Source: Candidatus Saccharibacteria bacterium QS_5_54_17 | GTDB lineage: Bacteria; Patescibacteriota; Saccharimonadia; QS-5-54-17 | Reading direction: 5' to 3' | Assembly: GCA_003022365.1 (NCBI GenBank) | Contig: PXOU01000018.1 | Location: 11,900-75,899, forward strand | Length of the DNA: 64,000 bases | In this document: one piece after another, positions 8,346 to 17,456 of the stretch | How the letters are laid out: every line of letters starts with the position of its first letter | Numbering within the stretch: position 1 is the first letter of the stretch | The notes under the pieces: model-generated | The model's database searches: none | Told to the model about the DNA's origin: nothing | Seen by the model: the letters and a program-made list of their open reading frames with translations, nothing else | Position numbers and translations under genes: made by a program

Positions 8346-9722
8346 ATGCAGATTGCCATCGCCGGTTATGGGCAGGAAGGGCGGGCGGTGCACCGGTATC
8401 TGCGGCGGCAGGAGGAAGAGACTGGGGTAAAATGCGACATTACCGTCTGTGATCAGAATCCGGAGTTGGAAGTGCCGGAAGACGTTTGGGCGCAGCTGGG
8501 AGAGGGGTATCTGGAGGGGCTGGACTCATGTGATCTGGTGTACCGTTCGCCCGGTATCCGGCCGGATACCCTCCAGTACCTGAATCCCGGGCTTGACGGG
8601 AATCGAATCACCACTGCCACTAACCAATTTTTTACGGCCTGCCCCAGCGGCAATATCATCGGAGTGACCGGCACCAAAGGCAAGGGGACCACCACCACCC
8701 TGATCGCCCGGATACTCACGACTGCCGGCCAGCAAGCTCACGTGGGCGGCAATATCGGCACGCCGGCGCTGGATTTGCTGGGCGACATCGGCCCGGAGGA
8801 CTGGGTGGTACTGGAGCTGTCCAGTTTCCAGTTGTTCGATATTGACCGCAGTCCTCATATCGGGGTGTGTCTGATGATCGCGCCCGATCACCTGGATTGG
8901 CATACCGATATGGAGGAGTATGTCGATGCCAAGTCCCACATATTCGCTCTCCAGGAGACCTGTGATATAGCCGTCTACAACGCCGACAATGCCTACGCCT
9001 CCCGTCTGGCGGAGAAGAGTCCCGGGCGGAAGATTGCCTTCGGGGCCAGTGGCGAGGCTGATGTCCGGGGAACAGATGAGGGGATTTACACCGACGATCA
9101 AAAGGTAATTGCGGCGGCCGACATCGGGCTCCGCGGCCCCCACAACCGGGAAAACGTCTGCGCGGCGACCGGCGCCGCCATCGCCGCCCTCCGGGAATCC
9201 CTTCCCGTCGGTGATTGCGCCGGGGTGCATCCGCCACCGGGCACTCAAGGCTCCGTGGCAGCTGCCATCCGGGATTTTCACGGACTGGAGCACCGGCTGG
9301 AGTACGTGGGTAACGCGAATGGGGTATCCTTTTATAACGATTCCTTTTCCACCAATCCAGCTCCCACCATCGCCGCCATCCGGAGCTTCAGCGAGGGGCA
9401 AGTCCTCATCCTGGGCGGTTCTCCCAAGGGAGCCGATTTTGAGGAATTAGCCCGGGAGATCGCCGGCTCGCCGGTCAAGCACGCCGTATTGACCGGTGAG
9501 GAGGCTGAGCGCCTCCAGGCGGCGCTGGAGCAGGCCGGCTTTACGGCCCATTCCTGGGGCGGGGACCGCATGCCTGGCTTGGTGGCGGAAGCGGTAAGCC
9601 GGGCGGAAACCGGTGATGTCGTTCTTCTCAGCCCCGCCTGTGCCAGCTTCGACATGTTTGCGGATTACAAAGACCGGGGCCAGCAGTTCAAGCAGGCAGT
9701 AGCGGCCCTCAATAATCAGTAG
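8346..9722 (+). CDS. murD: UDP-N-acetylmuramoylalanine--D-glutamate ligase MurD
   Basis: GVTGTKGKGTT P-loop and Mur ligase fold. Starts 3 nt after the secA stop. Confidence 0.9.
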   Translation: MQIAIAGYGQEGRAVHRYLRRQEEETGVKCDITVCDQNPELEVPEDVWAQLGEGYLEGLDSCDLVYRSPGIRPDTLQYLNPGLDGNRITTATNQFFTACPSGNIIGVTGTKGKGTTTTLIARILTTAGQQAHVGGNIGTPALDLLGDIGPEDWVVLELSSFQLFDIDRSPHIGVCLMIAPDHLDWHTDMEEYVDAKSHIFALQETCDIAVYNADNAYASRLAEKSPGRKIAFGASGEADVRGTDEGIYTDDQKVIAAADIGLRGPHNRENVCAATGAAIAALRESLPVGDCAGVHPPPGTQGSVAAAIRDFHGLEHRLEYVGNANGVSFYNDSFSTNPAPTIAAIRSFSEGQVLILGGSPKGADFEELAREIAGSPVKHAVLTGEEAERLQAALEQAGFTAHSWGGDRMPGLVAEAVSRAETGDVVLLSPACASFDMFADYKDRGQQFKQAVAALNNQ

Positions 9723-10150
9723 AGGGGTAGACGGAGAACGGGGAGTAAGAAGCAAGCAGTAAGGAGTAAGTGGGAGAGGTGACACGCAATTGCAAGGACC
9801 GTCCTTGCAATGGGAGAGTTTTCTCTCTCTTTGTCATTCCGAATTTAGTTCGGAATCGTTGCTGCAATAGATCCTGAAATAAATTCAGGATGACAATAGG
9901 GGAATATCCTGAAACAAGCCTGCCTGCCGGCAGGCAGGTTCAGGATGACATCTTTTTTTGCCACCCCCTCTGTCATTCCGAAGACGTCATCCCGGACCCC
10001 GCCCGCACTGAGCAAGGTCGAAGTGATCCGGGATCAGTTCGGAATCGGCTCTGAGCCTGCAACAGATCCTGAAACAAGTTCAGGATGACATCCTTAGGAG
10101 GACATGATGTTCAATAGCCCCGAGACTATACGCTTCTTGTGAGATCTTTT
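9723..10150. repeat. Mosaic intergenic repeat array
   Basis: AG-rich trailer 9723-9775, TTGCAAGGACCGTCCTTGCAA palindrome 9787-9815, hairpin modules, and a partial TGTTCAATA…GACTATACG module 10096-10133. Confidence 0.8.
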
Positions 10151-10207
10151 CCGGCGTGATGTAATAGGCAGGATTACTAGTTAAATAAGAAACCGGGAGA
10201 ATAGCCG

Positions 10208-11470
10208 ATGCAACACACAGTCAGGGAAATTACATTAGATAACGGTGCTAAGGGGCTGTTGCTGCACGTCCCCGGGGTAGATGTGGTCCGGATGCTGGTC
10301 GAATTCCGGGCCGGATTTGACCTGGGCGATTGGGGCAAGTACGAGCTACCCCACGTCACCGAGCATTTGATGTTTACCAATCAATCCTACCCGGAACCGA
10401 ACCAGTTTTCCCGGGAAGTCGAGAAAAACGGGGCCTTTTGTAACGCCACCACCTCGGATACCAGCCTGGCCTACGAATATGAATGCGCCACCTTCGAAGC
10501 CGAGCGAATCGCCGGGCTGATCGGCATCCAGATCACCGAGCCGACATTTCCCGCCCGTGAACTGACCAGTGAGTTAAACAACGTGGCCGATGAACTGGAT
10601 AACGATATATCGGATCCCGGCCCGGCGGTCAACAACAATTTACAGGCCGCCGCCTATGACATGCCCGACTTCCGCCGCCGGCGTGATCAACTCTCGGCCA
10701 TTACGGAAGACGATGTGCGGGAGTGGTACCGGCAAACCCACACCTCGGATAATATGCGGTTTTTGGTAGCCGGCGATGTCGATTTTGACACGGAGGTTTT
10801 ACCGGGTTTGAACGTCGATTTACCCCGGGACGAGCGGTTGGCGGTGCCCTACGTGGCGAGCACCAAACTGGAGGAGCCGGTGGTGGAGTATCGTGACATG
10901 CCCCAGATCTATTACCGGTTTACCTCGCGTTTATCCCAGTCCTATTCCTACCGGGAGCTGATAGCCGCCCGCCTCATGAGCGACGCCCTGTCAGCCGGAT
11001 TTTCCGCCACCCTGTTCGGCGAAGCCCGCGACCGGGGCTTAGTCTACGACCTGGCTATGCGGGTGGGCCGGGATACACACACTACTGAATGGAACTTCGG
11101 GGGACCGGTGTCGCCCGCCCACGCCGACACCTATTTCCAGCTGGCCGCCGATAAGATACGCCAAGCCCAGAACGGTGACATATCCGGGGAGCAGTTCGAC
11201 CGGATGAAACGCTTGTTGCGCGGAAACCGGGCCCGTAAGTACCAGACGCCGGGGAGTTTATTGAGCTACTACGATATGTTTTTGGAGGACGACCACTACG
11301 AAGCGTTTGAGGAATTCTACCGGTTGCTGGATGACATAACCCTCGATGAAGCCGCCCGGGCGTTCGCCGGATTATTCCAGGAAAATGTCTGGGGCGCGAG
11401 TTTCCTGGGCAACGTGGACGAGACGGCCGCGGCGCGGTACCGGGATATTGTCTCGCCCCTGTGGGATTGA
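10208..11470 (+). CDS. M16-family (pitrilysin/insulinase-like) zinc peptidase
   Basis: Inverted zinc motif HVTEH. GGGAGA SD. Confidence 0.8.
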   Translation: MQHTVREITLDNGAKGLLLHVPGVDVVRMLVEFRAGFDLGDWGKYELPHVTEHLMFTNQSYPEPNQFSREVEKNGAFCNATTSDTSLAYEYECATFEAERIAGLIGIQITEPTFPARELTSELNNVADELDNDISDPGPAVNNNLQAAAYDMPDFRRRRDQLSAITEDDVREWYRQTHTSDNMRFLVAGDVDFDTEVLPGLNVDLPRDERLAVPYVASTKLEEPVVEYRDMPQIYYRFTSRLSQSYSYRELIAARLMSDALSAGFSATLFGEARDRGLVYDLAMRVGRDTHTTEWNFGGPVSPAHADTYFQLAADKIRQAQNGDISGEQFDRMKRLLRGNRARKYQTPGSLLSYYDMFLEDDHYEAFEEFYRLLDDITLDEAARAFAGLFQENVWGASFLGNVDETAAARYRDIVSPLWD

Positions 11471-11497
11471 GGTTCGGTTAAGTGAGCGGAGGTTAGC

Positions 11498-12304
11498 GTG
11501 CGGTTCAATGTAGGCTCCCTTTCCACGGCCAAAGACGGGTCCCGGACCAACGAAGACACCGTATTGGTCTGGGAAGAGGCGGGGCTGTTCGGGGTGTTCG
11601 ACGGCATCGGCGGCGGTGGTGACGGCGACGTGGCCAGCTCGGTGGCTGCCCAGGCGGTGACGTCCTTTTACGCCCGTGAGTCGGGCGAGGTGGCGGCGGA
11701 CTCCTCCCAAGCTGACGGCCTGGCTCGCCAGGCGCTGGTGGAAGCCGGGCGGGCGCTGGCTCGGCGAGCAGCCCAAGCGCCATCGGTGAGTGCCGAGATG
11801 GGTACCACCGCCACCATCGGCTGTGTGCATCACGAAGAAGACGGTTTTGGCTTAACCTACGCGCATGTGGGGGATTCCGGGCTACTCGTCTACCGGCGCG
11901 ACCAGGATCACCTGACTTTCCTTACCGAAGATGAAGCCCAGGAGAATGTACTGGACAACGCCCTGACTGCCCGGGAGGAGGTGCTCCACGGTGTGCGCCA
12001 ATACGCTCGCGTAACGCTCCAGCCGGGCGACCGGCTGGTCTTTTTCACTGACGGCATCAGCGGCGACACTCCTGACCAACGGCTCAGCCGGGCGGAATAC
12101 CGGCAGGCGATCGTCGGGGTGTCGCCGCAGCAGGCGGCCCGGGCGTTGTCGGAGACCAGCCGCAAATCTGACGACACCTCGGTTGTGGTGGTGGATCCGC
12201 TGGTGGATGAGGCGAACAGGAAGCAGGAAGTAAGAAGCAAGCGGGAGACGGGGAGTAGACAGCAGACGGTAGACAGTAGACAGGGAACGGGGAACAGGGA
12301 GTAA
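11498..12304 (+). CDS. PP2C-family Ser/Thr protein phosphatase
   Basis: FDGIGGGGDGD metal-binding motif. GTG start with GGAGG SD. The last ~25 codons are translated from the AG-rich repeat module. Confidence 0.85.
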   Translation: MRFNVGSLSTAKDGSRTNEDTVLVWEEAGLFGVFDGIGGGGDGDVASSVAAQAVTSFYARESGEVAADSSQADGLARQALVEAGRALARRAAQAPSVSAEMGTTATIGCVHHEEDGFGLTYAHVGDSGLLVYRRDQDHLTFLTEDEAQENVLDNALTAREEVLHGVRQYARVTLQPGDRLVFFTDGISGDTPDQRLSRAEYRQAIVGVSPQQAARALSETSRKSDDTSVVVVDPLVDEANRKQEVRSKRETGSRQQTVDSRQGTGNRE

Positions 12305-12500
12305 GGAGTAAGAAGCAAGAAGCAAGTGAAAAAATGCAAAACCTCTATGTCATTCCGAGCCTCCTCCGTCATTCTGAACTTGTTTCAGAATCAGCATTGA
12401 AATAGATCCTGAAATAAATTCAGGATGACAATAGGGGAGGATCCTGAAATAAATTCAGGATGACATCTTCAGGAATGACATCTTTAGGAATGATACTTCG
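12305..12500. repeat. Mosaic intergenic repeat array
   Basis: AAAATGCAAAACCTCT-TGTCATTCC module plus TCCTGAA hairpins. Confidence 0.8.
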
Positions 12501-12539
12501 TCCGCGCATTGACACATCCTCATCAACATGCGTATTTAA

Positions 12540-12568
12540 TTGACAAATCATAAAAATTTTGCTAGAGT
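12540..12568 (+). promoter_or_regulatory. Sigma70-type promoter TTGACA-N17-TAGAGT
   Basis: Exact 17-nt spacing. About 90 nt upstream of ATG 12657. Confidence 0.55.
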
Positions 12569-12656
12569 ATTTTTAGCCTAGTCCCGGTATTCCCCGGGCC
12601 TATGCGCCCACATCAGCCTTTATTAATTTTATACAAACTCCCAAGAGGTATATCAG

Positions 12657-14309
12657 ATGGCACAAGAAACACCCGAATTCGATCCCAATCAGGAAGCGGT
12701 CCAGGACCCGGCGTCCGGGGAGCCAGCGGAAACGGAATCGAATAATGAGGGAAAACCGGATGAGAACCGGCAACCGGAGGACGCCCGGGACTCGAATGAC
12801 GAAAAGGAATCGGCAGAGTCGGAAGTAGAAACGCCGGAATCCGGCAATGAGCACTTTCGGGGTTTGCGGGGTTCGCTCCAGCGCGGCAGGCGCGCCAGGC
12901 GCGGCAAATCCCATGCATCAGCGGAAAACCAAGACGGGGAAGCCGGAGCGGAAGCTTCCGGAAACGAACCGGAGGAACCGGATGATGCGGGAGAACCGGA
13001 TGAGGACCCACAACCGGAGGATGAGCAGGATTCAGATGACAAGGAGGGATCGGAACCAAATCAAGATCCGTACGTAATCAGTGCAGTAGCGGGAGCGCCC
13101 GGCGACGGTGAAGCGGTCCAGCAACCGGACGCTACCGGGGCGGAAGTGAATGATGCCGCCGGCGAAGCACAGCAGAATCAAGATCAGCAGGAACAGAATC
13201 AAAATCAGGCGGAACTGAGCCAAGCGGACCGCAATCGCCGCGACTTCCTCCGCCAGATGAAGGACACATCCAAGGAAGCCGTCCTGGGGGCAACGACGAA
13301 AGCCCAGATGTGGTGGCAGCGAGACCCGGAAAAACCTGGTAAGGCCAAATACGGTGTCGTCCTCGGGGCGATCGCCGTCACCGCCACCTCCAAGTACCTT
13401 CCTGAGGCAATCGACTCTATACAAGGCGGGGAGGCAACCGCCGGTTCGCCGGTAGGAGAGAGCGGCGGCACCCCGGTGAACCCCGCCGAGTCCGCGCCCG
13501 AGGCGGCTCCCTATGCCGCTGGCGGCCAAGTCGAGGGGACGCTCGAAAAAGTAGCCCCAGAGGCCCAGGCTCGTTTCGGCGAACTGGCCGGTGATCGGGT
13601 GGACATTACTATACCCAAGGGCAGTAACGTCTGGGATCAACTGGAACTGGCGGTTGACCAGCGGGCCGATGTGAGCTTTGAACGCAAGCAGGAGATAGTC
13701 GATGCCATGGTTGATCAGATGCGAGTCGAGTACCCGGGGCAGGATCTGAGCCACGTACACCCCGGTGATTCTTTCAGTGTCGAGCTGCCGGGTGGGGAGG
13801 CAACGGCCGACTCGTCATCGGTAGGAGAGAGCAGTAGCGCGCCGGTGGACTCTGCCGAATCCGCGTCTGATGCGGCTTCCGAAACTGCTGGGGGTCAAGC
13901 TAGCGAAACGGCCTCGATCGAGACCACTCCCGGCACTGCTGGAGGCCAAGCTGGCGAAACGGCCTCGCTGGATACTGCTCCCGACGCCGCAGAAGGCCAA
14001 GCCGGCCACACGACCGCGTCCGAAGCCATTGGAAGCCAGGTCGCCCAAACGGCCGGGGAAGTATCCCCGGAAGCTCAGGCTCGCTTCGGTGAACTGGCCG
14101 GTGAACGGGTGGATATCACCATCCCCGAGGACAGTAATCTGCGGGATCAACTGGAAATGGCGGTCGACCAGCGCACCGGCGTGGTGGACTTTGCCCGCAA
14201 GCAGGAAATAGTGGACGCCATGGTCGATCAGCTTCGAACCGAATACCCCAGCCAGAATCTGGACTACGCCCACACCGGCGATTCCTTCAGCATCCACCTG
14301 CCCGCCTAA
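12657..14309 (+). CDS. Hypothetical acidic low-complexity protein with two ~85-aa C-terminal repeats (AQARFGELAG…VDAMVDQ…)
   Basis: AAGAGG SD. Long ORF with an internal duplicated domain and one hydrophobic segment. Confidence 0.6.
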   Translation: MAQETPEFDPNQEAVQDPASGEPAETESNNEGKPDENRQPEDARDSNDEKESAESEVETPESGNEHFRGLRGSLQRGRRARRGKSHASAENQDGEAGAEASGNEPEEPDDAGEPDEDPQPEDEQDSDDKEGSEPNQDPYVISAVAGAPGDGEAVQQPDATGAEVNDAAGEAQQNQDQQEQNQNQAELSQADRNRRDFLRQMKDTSKEAVLGATTKAQMWWQRDPEKPGKAKYGVVLGAIAVTATSKYLPEAIDSIQGGEATAGSPVGESGGTPVNPAESAPEAAPYAAGGQVEGTLEKVAPEAQARFGELAGDRVDITIPKGSNVWDQLELAVDQRADVSFERKQEIVDAMVDQMRVEYPGQDLSHVHPGDSFSVELPGGEATADSSSVGESSSAPVDSAESASDAASETAGGQASETASIETTPGTAGGQAGETASLDTAPDAAEGQAGHTTASEAIGSQVAQTAGEVSPEAQARFGELAGERVDITIPEDSNLRDQLEMAVDQRTGVVDFARKQEIVDAMVDQLRTEYPSQNLDYAHTGDSFSIHLPA

Positions 14310-14560
14310 TGCAGGAGACAAGGAACAAGGAACAGGGAGCAAGGAGCAAGGAGCAAGGAACAAGGAGTAAATGGAGAAATACAAACCCTCTCTGTCATTC
14401 CGAGCCCCCTCCGTCATTCTGAACTTGTTTCAGAATCAGCATTGAAATAGATCCTGAAATAAATTCAGGATGACATCTTCAGAGCCTGTCCTGAACTTGT
14501 TTCAGGAATGACATCTTCAGAGTCTGTTGCCCTTCACTCCCTGTCTCCTGTCTACTGATT
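14310..14560. repeat. Mosaic intergenic repeat array
   Basis: The (CAAGGAG)n trailer directly follows the stop codon. Confidence 0.8.
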
Positions 14561-14608
14561 CAATAGCCACAACTGCTTTGACACAATCTATAGTATATTT
14601 CTAAATGA

Positions 14609-14637
14609 TTGACACTAGAACAAAAAAATGGTAGTGT
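14609..14637 (+). promoter_or_regulatory. Sigma70-type promoter TTGACA-N17-TAGTGT
   Basis: Same architecture as the promoter at 12540. Confidence 0.45.
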
Positions 14638-14643
14638 AAAAAC

Positions 14644-14795
14644 ATCTGATTGGTGTGGGGTGGAAATCACGCCGATGGCCGGTCCGGAACCGGGCCATCT
14701 GAGGTGAGGGACCCGGGCCAATACGGGGTGCCTTGACAAGCCGCGTACGTGCATTCGAGATGCACGCCGCGTCTTTGCCCGCCCGGGCAAGGACG
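14644..14795 (+). promoter_or_regulatory. Structured GC-rich leader RNA; candidate riboswitch (ydaO/c-di-AMP-like motifs GGGGTGGAAATC, CCGGAACCG, GGGACCCG, ACGGGGTGCC)
   Basis: Nested hairpins GATGGCC…GGCCATC. Sits between the promoter and the terminator, 170 nt upstream of the CDS. Confidence 0.4.
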
Positions 14796-14802
14796 TTTTT
14801 TT
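14770..14802 (+). terminator. Intrinsic terminator (12-bp stem CGTCTTTGCCCG/CGGGCAAGGACG plus T7)
   Basis: Perfect GC-rich hairpin followed by TTTTTTT. Confidence 0.7.
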
Positions 14803-14968
14803 ATGTGTTCGAAATACCAGAGAGATCGATTACCAACCACGCTTGTCACGTGCTCGCCCTGACCCAAGGGAAAACTCACCGGCGGGGAGCATGGTGCTCC
14901 GCACTCGAGCGGGGCAGCCTGCTCCCTGCCCGGGGAGTGCAGCTAGCCTCTAAAGGAGGTGAAAGCGG

Positions 14969-17041
14969 ATGGACTATGTTATTTGGTTCATCCTGCTGCT
15001 GGCTTTACTCCTCTTCGCTGGGAAGGACTACGTCCTTCCCTGGTGGAGGCGCCGGCAGCAGAGCTCGGACTCCTCAGCGAGTCCGAGCAGCTCGGCGGAG
15101 ACGCCGTCGAGCCCAGAACCCGACTCGGACCCCGAATCCGAGTCGGAATCGGAGTCCGAGCCCGAGCAGGACTCGGAGTCGGAGCCCGAAAACGGGCCCG
15201 ACCCGGAGTCGGCGTCTGAAACCGAGCCAGTTCCGGCCCCTGAGCCGGAACCTGAGCTCGATTCCGATTCGGAACCCGAGTCCAAATCGGAGTCCGAGTC
15301 CGAGCAGGACTCGGGGTCCAGCGCCGCCACGGCCAAACGGCCACGGCGACTTACGCGACAGCAGGTCGGAGCCGGCCTGCTGATTGTCGTCCTTGTTCTG
15401 TCATTGGGCGGCAATGTCGTGCTGTATTGGATGGTAGAGGGCCTGAACGATACGGTCGCCTCCATGCAAGAACAGCTCGACGAGCTCCGCGATCAAAATG
15501 ATCGCGGAGGGGAGGTCGCAGATGGCCACGGAAGGCCAGGAGGCGCCGTCGCCACCCAGGACGAGGCGGAAGCCCAAGCGGCATCCGCCGAGCAAGTGGA
15601 GGCCTGCGCCGCGCAAAAGCCGGTGCAGTTCGACGTCCAGCCGAGCGGTCGGTGGGGAGAGCCCGTCGAGGCGGAAACCCACCAGGCCGCCCTTGCGGAG
15701 CTAGAGAAAACGCTCTGTGAGCGTCCAGATATTTTGGCCGCTCTCAGTACCGAGTTCGGACTTACCGATGCCGGCTTCGCGGTCGATGAGCAGGTGGCAT
15801 TGGCCACCTCATACATCGACAATCGTGAAAAGTGGCGTCAGGCTGTGGATGAGCTGATGGCTCATATTCACAGCCAGGATGTACGGCTCGGTGTCGAAGA
15901 AGGTCGCTACAAGACCTTCTTCATGGAGGCCACGGAGGGCGTTCCCTGGTTATTCCAGGATGTTCGCACATCCGGGCCTCGAAAGGTCCTCCGCGTGGGT
16001 GATACGGACCTGCAGCTTATTTGCAGGTTCCAACCACGCGAGGCAGCGCCAGCGCCCGCGCCACAGCCGGCTCCCGAGCAGTCGGAGTCGGATCATGTAC
16101 ACCAGCCGTCCGGCGGCGGCCAGGAACGCGTCGTCGAACAGCCAGACGACGTGTCATCTCCTGATGACAACCAGTCATCAGGAGATTCCCCCGACCGTTC
16201 TTCGGATGACGGCCGGTCATCCGACGGCGACGCGGATGAGTTGGTCATCCGCGTCTGCGACATTCGGTTGAAGGAGAAACGGGTTGTGCCGCAAAGTGCG
16301 GCCAACCAGTTTGACCACTTTACCCTCGACTTTTCGAAGTGCGAGGGTGACGACAGCTCCGACGAGTCCTCCGACAGTGAGGACTCCGAGGACTCTTCGG
16401 AGTCCTCCGATGATTCGTCTGACGCGCAAAAGGACCCCAGTGAGGGTCCGATGCGCAACGACGACATCTCCGAGTCCGTCAAAGGACCGGGGACGACCGC
16501 ACCCGGTGGCGATCCGGGGGAGGCCGACGCTCCCGAGGACCATGACCGGTCCCGGGAGGACGTGGCCGACGACGGGTGCGAGGGCGACTGCCCCGCCCCG
16601 GAGTCCAGCCCACAACCGGATTCGGAGCGCACTCCGGAATCCGGCGACCAGCCGCCAGCGGCGGACGAGCCCAGCGGCGGCAACGACCCGGAGGGGAACG
16701 ACCCCGGGTCGTGTGGTGACGGCGCTCGTAGCTGCGGCTATGAGCAGCCTGGCTCGTCGGATGGCACACCCCCTGAGGACGACCAGTCCTCTGGAGGTGG
16801 CCAAAGCGGAGTCGTCGAGCAGCCCGCCGACGACTCTTCCGGAGAGTCTTCCGCTGATGACAGCGGGAACTCGTCCTCCGGCGGCGACTCTGATGACAGC
16901 CAGTCATCCGAGTCGTCCGACAGCGACTCGTCCTCTGACAATGAGGCGTCTAGCGGTTCCTCGGAGGACTCCTCCGAGGTTGGTACCGACTCGAAGGCTG
17001 AGGACGACGACACGAGTCAGCACGTGGATAACTCGTTCTGA
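14969..17041 (+). CDS. Hypothetical membrane protein, extremely Ser/Asp/Glu/Pro-rich and disordered, with 2 TM segments
   Basis: AAAGGAGG SD. N-terminal TM helix and a possible ~130-aa globular core. Confidence 0.55.
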   Translation: MDYVIWFILLLALLLFAGKDYVLPWWRRRQQSSDSSASPSSSAETPSSPEPDSDPESESESESEPEQDSESEPENGPDPESASETEPVPAPEPEPELDSDSEPESKSESESEQDSGSSAATAKRPRRLTRQQVGAGLLIVVLVLSLGGNVVLYWMVEGLNDTVASMQEQLDELRDQNDRGGEVADGHGRPGGAVATQDEAEAQAASAEQVEACAAQKPVQFDVQPSGRWGEPVEAETHQAALAELEKTLCERPDILAALSTEFGLTDAGFAVDEQVALATSYIDNREKWRQAVDELMAHIHSQDVRLGVEEGRYKTFFMEATEGVPWLFQDVRTSGPRKVLRVGDTDLQLICRFQPREAAPAPAPQPAPEQSESDHVHQPSGGGQERVVEQPDDVSSPDDNQSSGDSPDRSSDDGRSSDGDADELVIRVCDIRLKEKRVVPQSAANQFDHFTLDFSKCEGDDSSDESSDSEDSEDSSESSDDSSDAQKDPSEGPMRNDDISESVKGPGTTAPGGDPGEADAPEDHDRSREDVADDGCEGDCPAPESSPQPDSERTPESGDQPPAADEPSGGNDPEGNDPGSCGDGARSCGYEQPGSSDGTPPEDDQSSGGGQSGVVEQPADDSSGESSADDSGNSSSGGDSDDSQSSESSDSDSSSDNEASSGSSEDSSEVGTDSKAEDDDTSQHVDNSF

Positions 17042-17456
17042 CTCGTTCGCTTAAGAGGGGCACTACCATGTAACCGTTTTGCCTCTCTCGAGGCCCCCAT
17101 CCCGGGTACGGGGCGGCGCCGAGGCAAGCGGTTATTGGTAATGCTCTCCCTTTTTGTCGTCTACCTCAGGGTAGACGAATGAGTGTTCGAGCACTAGGAG
17201 GCGCAGAAGCGCGACGTATCGAATGGCTCAGCCATTCCGATTCATTCCGCGGCACGCTGCCCCTCCACTCCTCTCGAATACAGGTACGCGGCTTGAGAGG
17301 CGCCTCCCCAGGCGCACGTTGACAAAACAACCCTCGAGCGCTCCTCAAACACCAGCTCGAGGCTCTTTCGAGCACCAGAAGACGCATACGCATTTGCAAT
17401 TGATGGTAATCCAAACGGTAATCCCATGTAATCCAATAGAAGGAAAGGAGAGATAT

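Noticed and set aside
14733-15383. ORF 14733-15383(+) and 14560-14879(-) ORFs overlapping the candidate riboswitch and leader
   Set aside because: They span a promoter, a structured leader and a terminator. They have Arg/Pro-rich low-complexity translations and no SD.
17041-17456. Possible promoter or terminator signals in the 415-bp gap before the 17457 gene (TTGACA at 17319; hairpin TCGTCTACC-TCAG-GGTAGACGA at 17157-17179)
   Set aside because: TTGACA has no -10 partner at 16-18 nt. The hairpin is preceded rather than followed by a T-tract, so it is not a plus-strand terminator. Left unannotated.
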